Source of the DNA: Bugula neritina
Lineage: Eukaryota > Animalia > Bryozoa
Reading direction: 5' to 3'
DNA length: 64,000 nt
Assembly: GCA_964035545.1 (NCBI GenBank)
Contig: OZ037773.1
Location: 3,811,751-3,875,750, forward strand
The notes under the pieces are model-generated. The model had not been told where the DNA came from. It searched no databases and saw only the letters and a list, made by a program, of their open reading frames with translations. A program made the position numbers and the translations under genes. This document shows, in pieces, positions 16,651 through 27,271 of this stretch (its first letter is position 1; the number at the start of each line of letters is the position of its first letter).

Positions 16651-17140
16651 AATTATTTTATAGTTTGATAAAATGTAAAATTAGTTCATATATGTTTCGA
16701 TCATCACTTCTTGGCATCAATAATGATAAAATAACAAGGAAGCTATTGTGAAAATAGTGGCATAAAACTGGAGGAGGCTATTTTGATATGGCATATAGCA
16801 GAGAGTGACATGGTAGCAATCCAGTCTGAAGAGTCGGTGCAGTTCATCAGCTCCAAAAACAAGCCAAAAAAGATGATGGTAACTCAGTAAGGTTCATTCG
16901 AGCGGGAAAGTTCTCAAAAAGAAGTTGTGGGATTCCTCCTACAAAGTGTCCTGCATTGAGTCAGCAGTGTCATCACTGTACCAAAAATGTTGTAGTTGCA
17001 TAGCAACAAGCGTAATACATACATTAGGATGAATTTGGAATTTATTCTTTTGAATTGCACTCTACAAGAAAAGAAAAATATTTACATGCTACACAAAAAC
17101 ATGGATAAATCATTTTCAAGCATAAAATAGTATAAATAAT

Positions 17141-17244
<104 letters not shown>

Positions 17245-17329
17245 GGGGTTGTCCATTTCCCTCCTTGGAGTAATTAGAGGTTATAGTCATGGCGTTTTTA
17301 CATTAATATTATATTTATATTAATGTCGC

Positions 17330-17660
17330 CTGAGGAGTACACAAACCAGTGTAAATCTCAGCCAGTCCCAAGCCCGGATAAAGACAGACGGTTCGGTGAC
17401 AGGAAGAGCATCCAGCCGGTAAAACACTCCAGCTCCAAACAATATGCTTGAAAACCATCAAATACTAGACCATGATAGGGCATCCCCCATGTTAAGCGAT
17501 GCGCAGAGGTTAGATTGTCTTGCTGACCCTGTGAGAAGTATGCGACGAGCTGCTACAGAAGATCAGGATAGCAACGTTAAACATTGGTACGCTGACTGCC
17601 AAGAGTCGAGAGATTGCTGATTTGATGGTGAGTCGAAGCATTGACATACTATGCCTAGTA
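17330..17660 (+). mobile_element. 5' fragment of an RTE-like non-LTR retrotransposon
   Basis: 5'UTR motif CCCAAGCCCGGATAAA...GGAAGAGCATCCAGCCGGTAAAAC, then the AP-endonuclease N-terminus 'KIRIATLNIGTLTAKSREIADLMVSRSIDILCL' at 17559-17657. Confidence 0.7.
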
Positions 17661-19016
17661 TCAAGCAAAAAACACGACGGTGAAAGGTGACCAAAGGTGA
17701 CCATGGTGTTTCTATATTTCCCCGCACCATGTGGAAAAACACGTGGTTAGTGGCATGATTATTCCTGAGCCTCCAATCAGGATGAGGATCTTAATTAGAT
17801 TACGGGGAGGGGGGGGGGGACAGTCTTCTCCAGCGTCAGTTATGACTGGTTAGGCAAACAGTAAACACTTAGTTTTAGTCGTGAAATTGTCTGAATTGAA
17901 TGTAAAGCTTTTATTGTTGTATAAATATAGTATAATTATTGTTCTCGCACAACAAACCTGTGAAGTCGATTACGTAACTACTAAAGCCATGTGCTAATTA
18001 GATTATATACCAATACCCACAACCTACACAAAAAATCTTAACAATTAAGAAAACAGAAAAAATTGTCAATTGTAATAGCCTATGTGCAAATATCAATTCT
18101 CTAGAATTATGACTTTTTTACAAAAAACTTATAATATGAACCTAAATGTGATATGATATGTATATATTGAATATGCATGAAGTCTGATAGATTTTCTGGT
18201 TATGCGTAGTTATGCTCTAGTAACAATTAAATCTAGAGTATTCTATTAGATGGAGCAGACTAAGAAGCAAAATAACTTTGACCAAAGATTAGAAATGCTT
18301 AATCTGGTGTTAAAAGATAATACATGCGTTCGTTGACTAAAGTCTTTTCAATGCTTCTGAGGTAAGAGACAGCATTTGGGAATACTTCATAGAAACTTTT
18401 TCACGTTCGCTTTGTAAAGGAATGGTGCGTGTGCATTAACATGAACCATTTTCGGAATACACCATATATATTTATCACTTGTATGAATATACACATTTCA
18501 CTATGATAATTTAAAATCCATGTTGTTGTAATCCTACCATTTGACTAATGTGCATTTCTGAGTATACCTATTATATAAGGGTCAGTTTACTTATTTTAGT
18601 ACATACTGGAAATCTCCAGTTTTTAGCTATTTTTTACAAATTAGCTGCTAATGGACATGGGCTTTTGCCCAAAACTAGTAAAATTTGAATGGATACACCT
18701 AAATAATCAAGGTTCTTTCTAATTTTGCTTGATTTCCCATGTTTTCTGCTAATTATTCAGCTACTTTTGATTCCTTGATATGTTTTCTCTAATATACTTT
18801 TTTTTTGAAATTCTGTTTATGCTCTTCACAACTTGGTCAAAACATACACCATTTTACAAGTTTCATTGCAATTATCTAGACTCTTCATGTGGTGATTTTG
18901 GCTACACTCCTGTGACTAATTATAACTTTTCTAGTACATTTACATCGGCTATCACAATAACATAATACCCCCTCGTGCATATTGGCAGTCTATTGGCATT
19001 CTTCCAATATAATGTT

Positions 19017-19607
19017 AGTAGTAGAAAGTGGATGGTTCTGGCTCACTTTTTTCCCCGGTCGAGTCTTCGACTCTCCGGTGTCAAAAAGTTATCCAGAACG
19101 CATCCACTTTCTACTACTCTATTAATATTTTATTGAAAATTGAGTTAGAAAGTATATATTCTAGCTCAATATAAAAAGTGAGCTAGAAAGTATATATAAA
19201 AGTGAGCTAGAAAGTATATATTCTGGCTCAATTTGTTTCATTATTTAAAAAAATGAGCTAGAAAGTGTATATTCTGGCTCAATTTATTTTCGTTATTTAA
19301 AAAGTGAGCTAGAAAGTATATATAAAAGTGGGCTAGAAAGTATATATTCTGGCTCAATACATAAAAGTGAGCTAGAAATTGTATATTCTGGCTCAATATA
19401 AAAGTGAGCTAAAAATTGTATATTCTAGCTCAACTTTCTTTGTTATTTAAAAAGTGAGTTAGAAATTGTATATTCTGGCTCAATATAAAAGTGAGCTAGA
19501 AAGTATATATTCTGGCTCAACGTTATTTAAAAAAGCGAGCTAGAAATTGTATATTTTGGCTCAATATTAGAAATAAATTATTATACGCTAAGAATATAAT
19601 AATTTAT
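19017..19607 (+). repeat. Left terminal inverted repeat (terminal hairpin plus internal palindromic repeat array)
   Basis: Reverse complement of 33927-34398, with extra TGAGCTAGAA..TTCTGGCTCA units. Confidence 0.95.
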
Positions 19608-19619
19608 TACTAATAGTAT

Positions 19620-20141
19620 TTAATTAGTTATACTATTATAATAAAGTTTTAAATATACGTAATCAAAAGGTAGCGCGTCAGTAGCGTATTCACTCGGTAT
19701 ATTAATAAAAATTATGTTATTGGGTTTATGACTCGGATATTCACTCGAAAGAGCTATTGTAAACGAAAAATTATTATTAGCGTTAACGGTTTTATTAATA
19801 TTTATTTTACTATACGGAACATTATGTTCGGCACCGCTAATATTATAAAATATATTTTCTTTAGACTCATCAAACGGATTTACGCTATCACGAATATGTA
19901 GACCTAATTTTTTATCAGTCCAATATAATTCTTTTATTTTATTATTAGGTGAACTTTCGTTATAAAATTGTATTAACGCGTGCGTTATTTCTATAGAATT
20001 ATTGACTAAATGGTCATTAATTAAATCTACCGTAAAGCTTTTAATATCTTCGTAATAATAAAATTCGCGTTTAGGTATAATGCTCGTAATATACGCTTTA
20101 TTAGTTGTTATATCGACTTTACCAAATTTATAGATATTCAT
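19620..20141 (-). CDS. Maverick uncharacterised protein, YKFG paralog 1
   Basis: Intact 173-aa ORF sharing 'IYKFGK', 'ELYWTDK' and 'ALPFDYVYLKLYYN' with 20138-20665 and 32773-33261. Confidence 0.75.
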   Translation of the reverse strand: MNIYKFGKVDITTNKAYITSIIPKREFYYYEDIKSFTVDLINDHLVNNSIEITHALIQFYNESSPNNKIKELYWTDKKLGLHIRDSVNPFDESKENIFYNISGAEHNVPYSKININKTVNANNNFSFTIALSSEYPSHKPNNIIFINIPSEYATDALPFDYVYLKLYYNSITN

Positions 20142-20665
20142 TTATAATTATAATAAAGTTTTACTAATACGTAATGAAAAGGTAACGCCGCGGCGGTTAT
20201 TTCGCTAGCGGGAGTATCGGTTAAAATTACGTCACTGGGTTTATAACTAGGATAAGTTTTTGATAATGCTAATGATATTGAAAAGTTTTTATTAGCTTCA
20301 ATAATTTTATTAGCGTTTATTTCGCTAAACGGAAGATTGTGTTCGCTACCGCTTATATCATAAAAAGTATTTTCATCGGATACTCCATATATTTCAGCGC
20401 TATTTCGAACTTGTAAGCCTATTCTTTTATCAGTCCAATAAAGTTCTTTAGTACTGTGTGCTTGTTCACCGTAAAATTGTATTAATATATTCGTTATTTC
20501 AATCGGTTCGTCAACTAAAAAATCTTTAATTAACGTACCACTGAATCCGTTAGAATTACCGTCATAATATATAAATTCTGATGGAATAACGATATCCGTA
20601 ATATAAGGTTTTTTATTTATTATATTGGCTTTATCCAAATTTCCAAAAATATAAAGCGAATCCAT
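20138..20665 (-). CDS. Maverick uncharacterised protein, YKFG paralog 2
   Basis: Intact 175-aa ORF with 'LYIFGN', 'ELYWTDK' and 'ALPFHYVLVKLYYNYK'. Confidence 0.75.
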   Translation of the reverse strand: MDSLYIFGNLDKANIINKKPYITDIVIPSEFIYYDGNSNGFSGTLIKDFLVDEPIEITNILIQFYGEQAHSTKELYWTDKRIGLQVRNSAEIYGVSDENTFYDISGSEHNLPFSEINANKIIEANKNFSISLALSKTYPSYKPSDVILTDTPASEITAAALPFHYVLVKLYYNYK

Positions 20666-21049
20666 TTATAATAGTAATTTATTTATGATTAATTGAGGCG
20701 TTTCGTGTTTAGACATTTCTTTAAGCCAATATAAACACAAGTGTCCGCATATAACCGTACCAAATTCTTGCACTCGTTCCGTATTATAAAATACTGGTCC
20801 TTTTAAATATTTCATTATTTCTAGAGGAGGATGTAATCCAAAACTATCAAAATAATATTTTTTATTTTTATTTTTATACCAAGCTACCCAATGAGTGCCA
20901 TTACCCATTAAATCGTCTAAATTTAATATACCGCATTCTTTTTGTCGTGGTGTATTAGGCAAGTCGTCTCTCGAGAATACTCCTCTAAATTTAAGAATTT
21001 TTAATTCTTTAATCGCTTTATTAATATCAATATTCGATAGAGCTTTCAT
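20666..21049 (-). CDS. Adenain-like virion maturation cysteine protease (PRO)
   Basis: 'GTHWVAW', 'YFDSFG' and 'VQ.....ICGHLC' give the His/Asp/Gln/Cys catalytic set. Confidence 0.92.
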   Translation of the reverse strand: MKALSNIDINKAIKELKILKFRGVFSRDDLPNTPRQKECGILNLDDLMGNGTHWVAWYKNKNKKYYFDSFGLHPPLEIMKYLKGPVFYNTERVQEFGTVICGHLCLYWLKEMSKHETPQLIINKLLL

Positions 21050-24000
21050 TTATATATCCGTAAGGAACTGTCGTTATACCGTCTTCAAGTATAATTCTCT
21101 TATCGTCTTCAGCCGACAAAGCTACTTTGTTTATCGTTTCGGCGTACATTATATGCTTATGACTTTTTAGCACATTCATCGTTCTATGCTGATCTCGCCG
21201 CGTCAATAAACACTCTTTATAATCGTTAAACGTTATACGATTATCGCGAGTAGTTTTATTAATGCCTTTACATTTTTTTTCTTCTACGCCATCTATCTTA
21301 TAAGAGTATAATTTAGCTCTTAAACCGACAAACTCAGTAATTTGTTTTCCACCGGCTTCGTCTTTAAACTTTCCTATTACTTTTTTATTCACGCCAGTTG
21401 GTAACGAGTGATTTTTAGGATAATTACTCGTGTCAAGCGTGCTAGCAACGTCTGGAGCAATATCCTTATAAAAGTCTTCAGTTTGTACGTGATACATTAA
21501 ACTGTCCGTATCCGTAAACAATAACTGAGCTTTATTACCATACTTATGCTTAATATACTCGTAATGAAAGTCATACATTAGAGTTTTACTAATGTCTAAA
21601 ATTGCTGCGCCTAAATATATAGGCTTGTCAAATTTTAGTTTAGTTACGTTCATATGAACGGCTACTAAATTTTCAGAAAATATCGTATAACTTTTAAAGT
21701 TAGATTGATTCGTTAATTTCTTAGCTTCGCTTTCGCTAGTAACTAATTTAACGTTAACTCTATTACGAATATTTTCCATCGTCTTACCGAACACGAAATT
21801 ATTCATTAGCTTAAAGAAATCTTTTTCAAAATTGCTCTTAGCTAAAGTTCTTAGTTTAGTATTTAAATTTATATATTCTTTAAGTTTATTGGATTTGTTA
21901 AAGGTTATACCTCTGTGAATCTTCGTTAACTTTAACCCGTATATAAGGCATTGTTCTAGCGCTTTATAGTGTATAACGTAATTCCTTTTATTATTTAAAT
22001 TTGGAATTAGTTTTTCCACTTTATTAACCGTTAATCTCTCGGAGCAGAATGGATAATCTTTATGAGAGTCGTGTAACTCTCTAGGATATTCTAAATCTAC
22101 TTCCAAGAAACTAGGTGGAAATGTTTTTGCTTTTTCTAGACTACTACACTGTTTTTCGCTTATCCACTTAAAATTGCCTACGGGTAAATTTTTAGACATG
22201 GCCCATCCGTATAGATTGTTAGCGTCCAAATACGTAATATAACTACTAGGCTCATTAGCGTTATAATTTTTCATATACTTATTATTAGCTTTAGCGTATC
22301 TATGACTAATCATGCTTACACCGCCTCTAATTCCTCTTTCGAAGAAGAGTAATTGCTCGACGTTGGTAATAGGATCTAGCTTTAATTCCGTAGTTTTTAG
22401 CATAGCGTCCCACGACAGGCCGGGAGCCGTATAATACCAAGCGGGATCTAACTTGTAGTGCTCAAGACATACGCTTCTAAAGTTTTCAAAAACGTCAGCC
22501 AACTGTAATACATCGACTTTCATATACAAGTCGTGATAGTCTTTAAACGTTTTTATATTAAACTCTCGCCAAACTTTTTGAGCGTGAGTGTAATTTTCAT
22601 CGCTTATATTACTTTCAGTTAAACTCGAGTAAAACTTTTCTTTAGACGGTAGAGAAGTTTCATCTAATACGCTTATGTTGTTAAAATAATCGTAAGGAAA
22701 TACGCCTTTTCTTAATAATAAGCTTAATTCATTTTCATTAAAATGTTTTTGCAAATGTTTAAAGTTGTCGCGATTTAAATTTGTAACTAAACTCGCTAAA
22801 CTAGAACTCATAAATTTAAACGTGTCTAAAAACCTAAGTTCACGCGTAACTTTAATCTTTTTTCCTTCTTTATTAGTAAATTTGTCTACCAATAATTTCT
22901 TACTAAAAGATATATATTTCTCTTCGGTATTGGGTATACACGAAGGTTCACCACCTAAGTTTTTAATAAACAAGTGAGCGTCGTAACCCGACAAGTTATG
23001 AATAAATATCGGATAAAATTTTGGAATTTTGTAATTTAAATTACAATTACTATGAGCCGCTCCTCTATAGTCTCCGGTTAAGTGACAATGATCTCTCACT
23101 TTATCGTCGCTTAATTCTTTTTCACATATATGACAAACTTTAGCCAACTCGAAAGACTCTTGTTCATTAACCGTAATTGTCATTCGTTTAGCAAACTTGT
23201 GTTTTTTATACAAGTTTTTAATGTCGAATTCTAGTAATCTTGTAAACTGTTCACCAATATCTTTGTCTTCGTATTCTTTAGTATAACTTCTATATTTACA
23301 CTCACCGGTAACGCTTACGATATAATATCCGAAACCCGACGGTTCGTGCTGTTGATATTGGTTGGTGTAACTTTCTTGAGAATTAGGCTGACAACCTTGT
23401 ATCGGCTTAGTAAAGCATTCAAAGTCCGCGTATACCGCAAATGGTACTCTCATACTACGACAATGATGGCTAGGTTGAAATTTTATTTTATTTTCGAGTT
23501 TTTGGAAAGACCATAGCTACGCTATCGTTCGATAAACACCAATCTTGATGCTTTTTTAAAGATTCGTTAGATCTACACGAACTCATACAATTTACGCAAA
23601 TATGTTTAGCGCTAACGCGTTTATTTATTTGCGAACCTAATAATCGATTTAAATTTTTAATATAAGCGTAATGGCCTTTTTCACCATCAGTTATATAAAG
23701 TAAATTTATTCCCCGATTGTTAGATTTTCTCCACAAATTTATCGTTTCGCCATCCCACGTAAATACATTAATTCCTATATTGGAATTAGCGTTTTCGAAA
23801 GCGTCAATAGATGTTTTAGTAGCTGGAAATTGAACGCCTTCCCACGATAATTTTTTAACGTGTTCTTTATAATTACTAATTCTTTCGGCATTTTTATTAA
23901 CCGGATAAACTCCCATTAAAACGGCCCACATAAAGCATTTATCGTCTTTATTTTTAGGATTTATTACGGCTTTCTTTTTTTTAATTTTATCCGGAAGATC

Positions 24001-24633
24001 AATCCAAGATGACCCATTAAAAGGTTGATATTTATTAACTTTAATAATCATCTTTTTAACGGATTTAAATATCCAGTTACTTCCTTTCGCGTTTAACGAA
24101 GCAAAATTTTCTTTTATACGTTCAATCATTTCATCGTATAATTCATCAACATTCGTAGACTCTAATATAGTTTCAACGTTTGATGTAAATGGCATAGTTT
24201 CTACGATAGTTTCTCCAGTACTTACATTAATTTTTTTCATTTCGCAATATATAAATATTTTAGTTTTTATAGTAGGTTTTAATAATTCTACTACGTTTAA
24301 TTTTACTAGTTTACTAAATGTATCAATATCGCACTTAGGTAAACCTTTAATTTCATAAGTTTGAAACCAACCATTAGCGGCTTCATTTTTTAACACAGGC
24401 TTAATATCATTAGATATTAATAAGTGTATAAGTTCAACTCTTTTTAAGCTAGAGTATCGCTTAAACCCTCTTTCTTTGGCTATAAGTTTCAATTCTTTAA
24501 CAGACTTGAAATTATCTTCAACCATTAAGAGCTGCATAAGTTCAGCTCTTTTTAATCGAGAATATCATTTCAATTCTCTTTCTTTAGCTAGTGCCTTTAA
24601 GGCTTTAACGGTAATTTTTGTATTGAACTCCAT
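21027..24633 (-). pseudogene. Protein-primed family B DNA polymerase (pPolB), ~1200 aa reconstructed; one nonsense codon and one frameshift
   Basis: Exo motifs 'YADFE' and 'HNLSGYD'; pol motifs 'DANNLYG', 'KLMNNFVFGK' and 'FTDTDS'. The true start is 24633 (MEFNTKITVK). In-frame TGA at 24565-24567; one extra A in the run at 23499-23503 joins ORFs 23488-24537 and 21027-23453. Confidence 0.92.
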
Positions 24634-24685
24634 TTATATAAAAATTTTTAAACTATAAAATCAATTTTTAAATAAAAAATTGGTT

Positions 24686-24922
24686 TTATACATCTTCAAG
24701 AATTTTATTTATTTGCGCTTTAAGTTTAGTTACTTTACGTCGTGATGTTAAACTTTTATTAAAATGTTTAAATAATTTATCACGATTTTCATTTGACATT
24801 GAATTAATTTTTAAGGTATAATGATCGGTTAATTGCATAAATTTATGTTCGGGAAGAGGTATATATTTCTTTTGTTTAGCTTGGGCTATTAGTTTATCGA
24901 GTAATTCATTAGTAAACTCCAT
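24686..24922 (-). CDS. Maverick small basic hypothetical protein (78 aa)
   Basis: ATG at 24922 (MEFTNELL) preceded by AAAATTGA; fits the compact gene tiling. Confidence 0.55.
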   Translation of the reverse strand: MEFTNELLDKLIAQAKQKKYIPLPEHKFMQLTDHYTLKINSMSNENRDKLFKHFNKSLTSRRKVTKLKAQINKILEDV

Positions 24923-24965
24923 ATTATAAAATAACGTAATAATAAAAATCAATTTTTTTATATAA

Positions 24966-25445
24966 ATGGACTTTCGACGAGAAAAATTAGAACTCTTAAA
25001 CGATGAAATTATTAAATTAGAAAACGAATACGAACAAAAACTTAATCGTTTTAATTGGTTATCAAAATCGTTAAAAATAATTTCAGGATTATGCGGTACA
25101 ACGAATTTAATATGCGGTGTTATTATTACGGCGTTATTAAACGCTAACGTTACTAAACAAACGTTATTACCATTATCTATAATAGTAAGTATAATAAGTG
25201 CAATTACTACTTCTATTTCTTCTCAAGACGCTAAATTAATTAAATCTACATTAATGTATTTAGATATATATACGTTTATAAAAGATTCTAAATTAGAAAT
25301 TAATTCTATGTTATCAAAATTTTTAAGCGACGCTCATATAGACGAACATGAGTATGACGCTATAACCAAAAAATATAAAAATATTAATAGCGTAATATCG
25401 AATAAAAAAAGCGACATAATAGCCGCTCGTGACAACGTTTGTTAA
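24966..25445 (+). CDS. Maverick predicted two-TM membrane protein
   Basis: 159-aa ORF with an N-terminal coiled coil and two hydrophobic segments. Confidence 0.65.
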   Translation: MDFRREKLELLNDEIIKLENEYEQKLNRFNWLSKSLKIISGLCGTTNLICGVIITALLNANVTKQTLLPLSIIVSIISAITTSISSQDAKLIKSTLMYLDIYTFIKDSKLEINSMLSKFLSDAHIDEHEYDAITKKYKNINSVISNKKSDIIAARDNVC

Positions 25446-25515
25446 TTAATTATATTATAATTAATTAAAAAAGGGAGTTCAATACAAAAATTATTCTTAT
25501 TTATATATTTATCCT

Positions 25516-25911
25516 TTAAATTATAATATTTCGTCTTTTTTCTATTTCGTCTTCAGCGTATTTTAGTTTAGTAAAGAATAATGGTATTCTAGCCGCCGCG
25601 TAATTCATTAAACCTACGTTAAGTTCTTGAATTATTTCTTTATTTTTGTAAATAGTTTTTATTTTTAATTTTCCATCATTTTCTTTATAAATAATTTCTT
25701 TTTAATTATTATAAGTAATTTCTTCAAACATTCCGCGTTCGTTAGACGGATTATTCATTTTGTCTAATATATTAAAGTTTTTATAAATAATTCTTTCTTT
25801 AATATCACCGCCTTCATACACTCGTTTTTTGCAATCATTGTTTTTATAAATTGTTTCGGTAATTGGAGTGCCGTCGAGGCTTTTATAAGTAATTACTGTT
25901 GGGTCGACCAT
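25516..25911 (-). pseudogene. Maverick beta-hairpin-repeat (MORN-variant-like) protein with an internal stop
   Basis: The frame continues past TAA 25702-25704 to 25516; repeated 'E.I.Y.N' units. Confidence 0.5.
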
Positions 25912-25930
25912 TTATATATTTATTCTTAAA

Positions 25931-26500
25931 CTATAACAGCATGCCTAAAAGAGGAATATTTTTAAACGGACTATTCGGACCCAAAATTAAACCTTCGCCT
26001 TTTATATAGCTAGAACCCTGTTTTAAGTATAAACCGTTACCTTTCATTAAATTAGACGGCGCGACTGGTTTTAAAGTAATAAAACCGTTTGAATTAGGTT
26101 CTACGGAACATACGTATCCACCTTTTTTCAAATAAAGACCTTTACCTTTAATAGCTCTTTCGACTCCGGCGCTAGCGGCTCCAGAAAGCACACCCGGTAT
26201 AATAGTTTTTAATAGCGTAGGTAAAAATCTCGTAGCTATACCCAATAGAGGTCCTAAAAATCCTCCACTCATTGACGCGTTAGTTTTTACCAACGACGGA
26301 GACATTTCGAGCGTTATATTTTTTTTATTCGCATTTAACGTTTTTAAAATATTATCATTTTGCGTTTTCGTAACGGCTAGTTTATCGTTTCCGCTTTCGA
26401 GAGGCAATTTAATAGTGCAACCCTTGCCGCTTCTATAAGCGTTCATTATTTTTTGTTTTTGCGCCTGTGGCACATTTCCTGTAATTTCGCAATAACCCAT
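25931..26500 (-). CDS. Putative virion core/membrane-active precursor (adenovirus pX-like amphipathic segment)
   Basis: 'MSGG|FLGPLLGIATRFLP' matches the adenain consensus followed by an amphipathic helix; repeated KGxGL. Confidence 0.65.
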   Translation of the reverse strand: MGYCEITGNVPQAQKQKIMNAYRSGKGCTIKLPLESGNDKLAVTKTQNDNILKTLNANKKNITLEMSPSLVKTNASMSGGFLGPLLGIATRFLPTLLKTIIPGVLSGAASAGVERAIKGKGLYLKKGGYVCSVEPNSNGFITLKPVAPSNLMKGNGLYLKQGSSYIKGEGLILGPNSPFKNIPLLGMLL

Positions 26501-26512
26501 TTATATAATATA

Positions 26513-27271
26513 TTAAACTTCTCTTAAATGAAATCTTATTGAGAGTTGTTCACCGCTAAGATCTAATAAATTACCTTTTTGATCGGTTACCGTAACGGTT
26601 AACGTCTTAATATATTTAACGTGAACGGGTAAGTATATTAAATTATGAGGTTTTTCTATTATTTTATATCCCGGACTAACGCTCGGAAAAAATGAATAAA
26701 TAACGGGTTTATAAGTACCATCGATATAACTTCCGTTAATACAATCGACTTGTACGTGTATAGCGTTTATATTTAAAATATTTACTATGTTCGTAGCTTC
26801 GATATAAGGTTGATTATATATTGTCGCGTCAAAACCTAAAACGTCTCTTATAGAATTTTCAACGTTAAAATCTATTCGATAATTAGGTTTTAATTTAAGT
26901 ATAATTCTAAAAGTTACTTTATTAGCTTGTAAAGTAATGCCGTTTCTATTACCCCCCTCTTTTACTATTTCGTCTTGAATAGCTTGTTCTAATTGATCTA
27001 ATTCATACACTCCAATTGGTAACGAAACTAAATACCACGTATTACCACCGTCTTTAGACCATCTATAGGAATTTCTATCGGCACTAATGTTTGGAAAAGA
27101 ATAAAACGTATCTAAACTAATAAGGCACATTTCGTATTTTTTATTTTTATTTAATTCTATAGGCGGATTAAGTTGAGTAATTATTCTCGTTTTAGTATCG
27201 GTAACTTCTATAGTCATTGTTTGTTTAGAGGCCGTATTATCGGCAATTTCTCTTAAAATTTTATTATCCAT
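26513..27271 (-). CDS. Minor capsid protein (penton)
   Basis: 'LNPPIEL', 'SFPNI', 'IPxGxY-like LPIGVYEL', 'PGYKIIEKP..LIYLPV', 'TDQKGNLLDLSGE...RFHLR'; adjacent to the MCP. Confidence 0.85.
   Translation of the reverse strand: MDNKILREIADNTASKQTMTIEVTDTKTRIITQLNPPIELNKNKKYEMCLISLDTFYSFPNISADRNSYRWSKDGGNTWYLVSLPIGVYELDQLEQAIQDEIVKEGGNRNGITLQANKVTFRIILKLKPNYRIDFNVENSIRDVLGFDATIYNQPYIEATNIVNILNINAIHVQVDCINGSYIDGTYKPVIYSFFPSVSPGYKIIEKPHNLIYLPVHVKYIKTLTVTVTDQKGNLLDLSGEQLSIRFHLREV

Noticed and set aside
19140-19565. CRISPR-like array of palindromic repeats
   Set aside because: No unique spacers or cas genes; it is part of the Maverick TIR in a eukaryotic genome.
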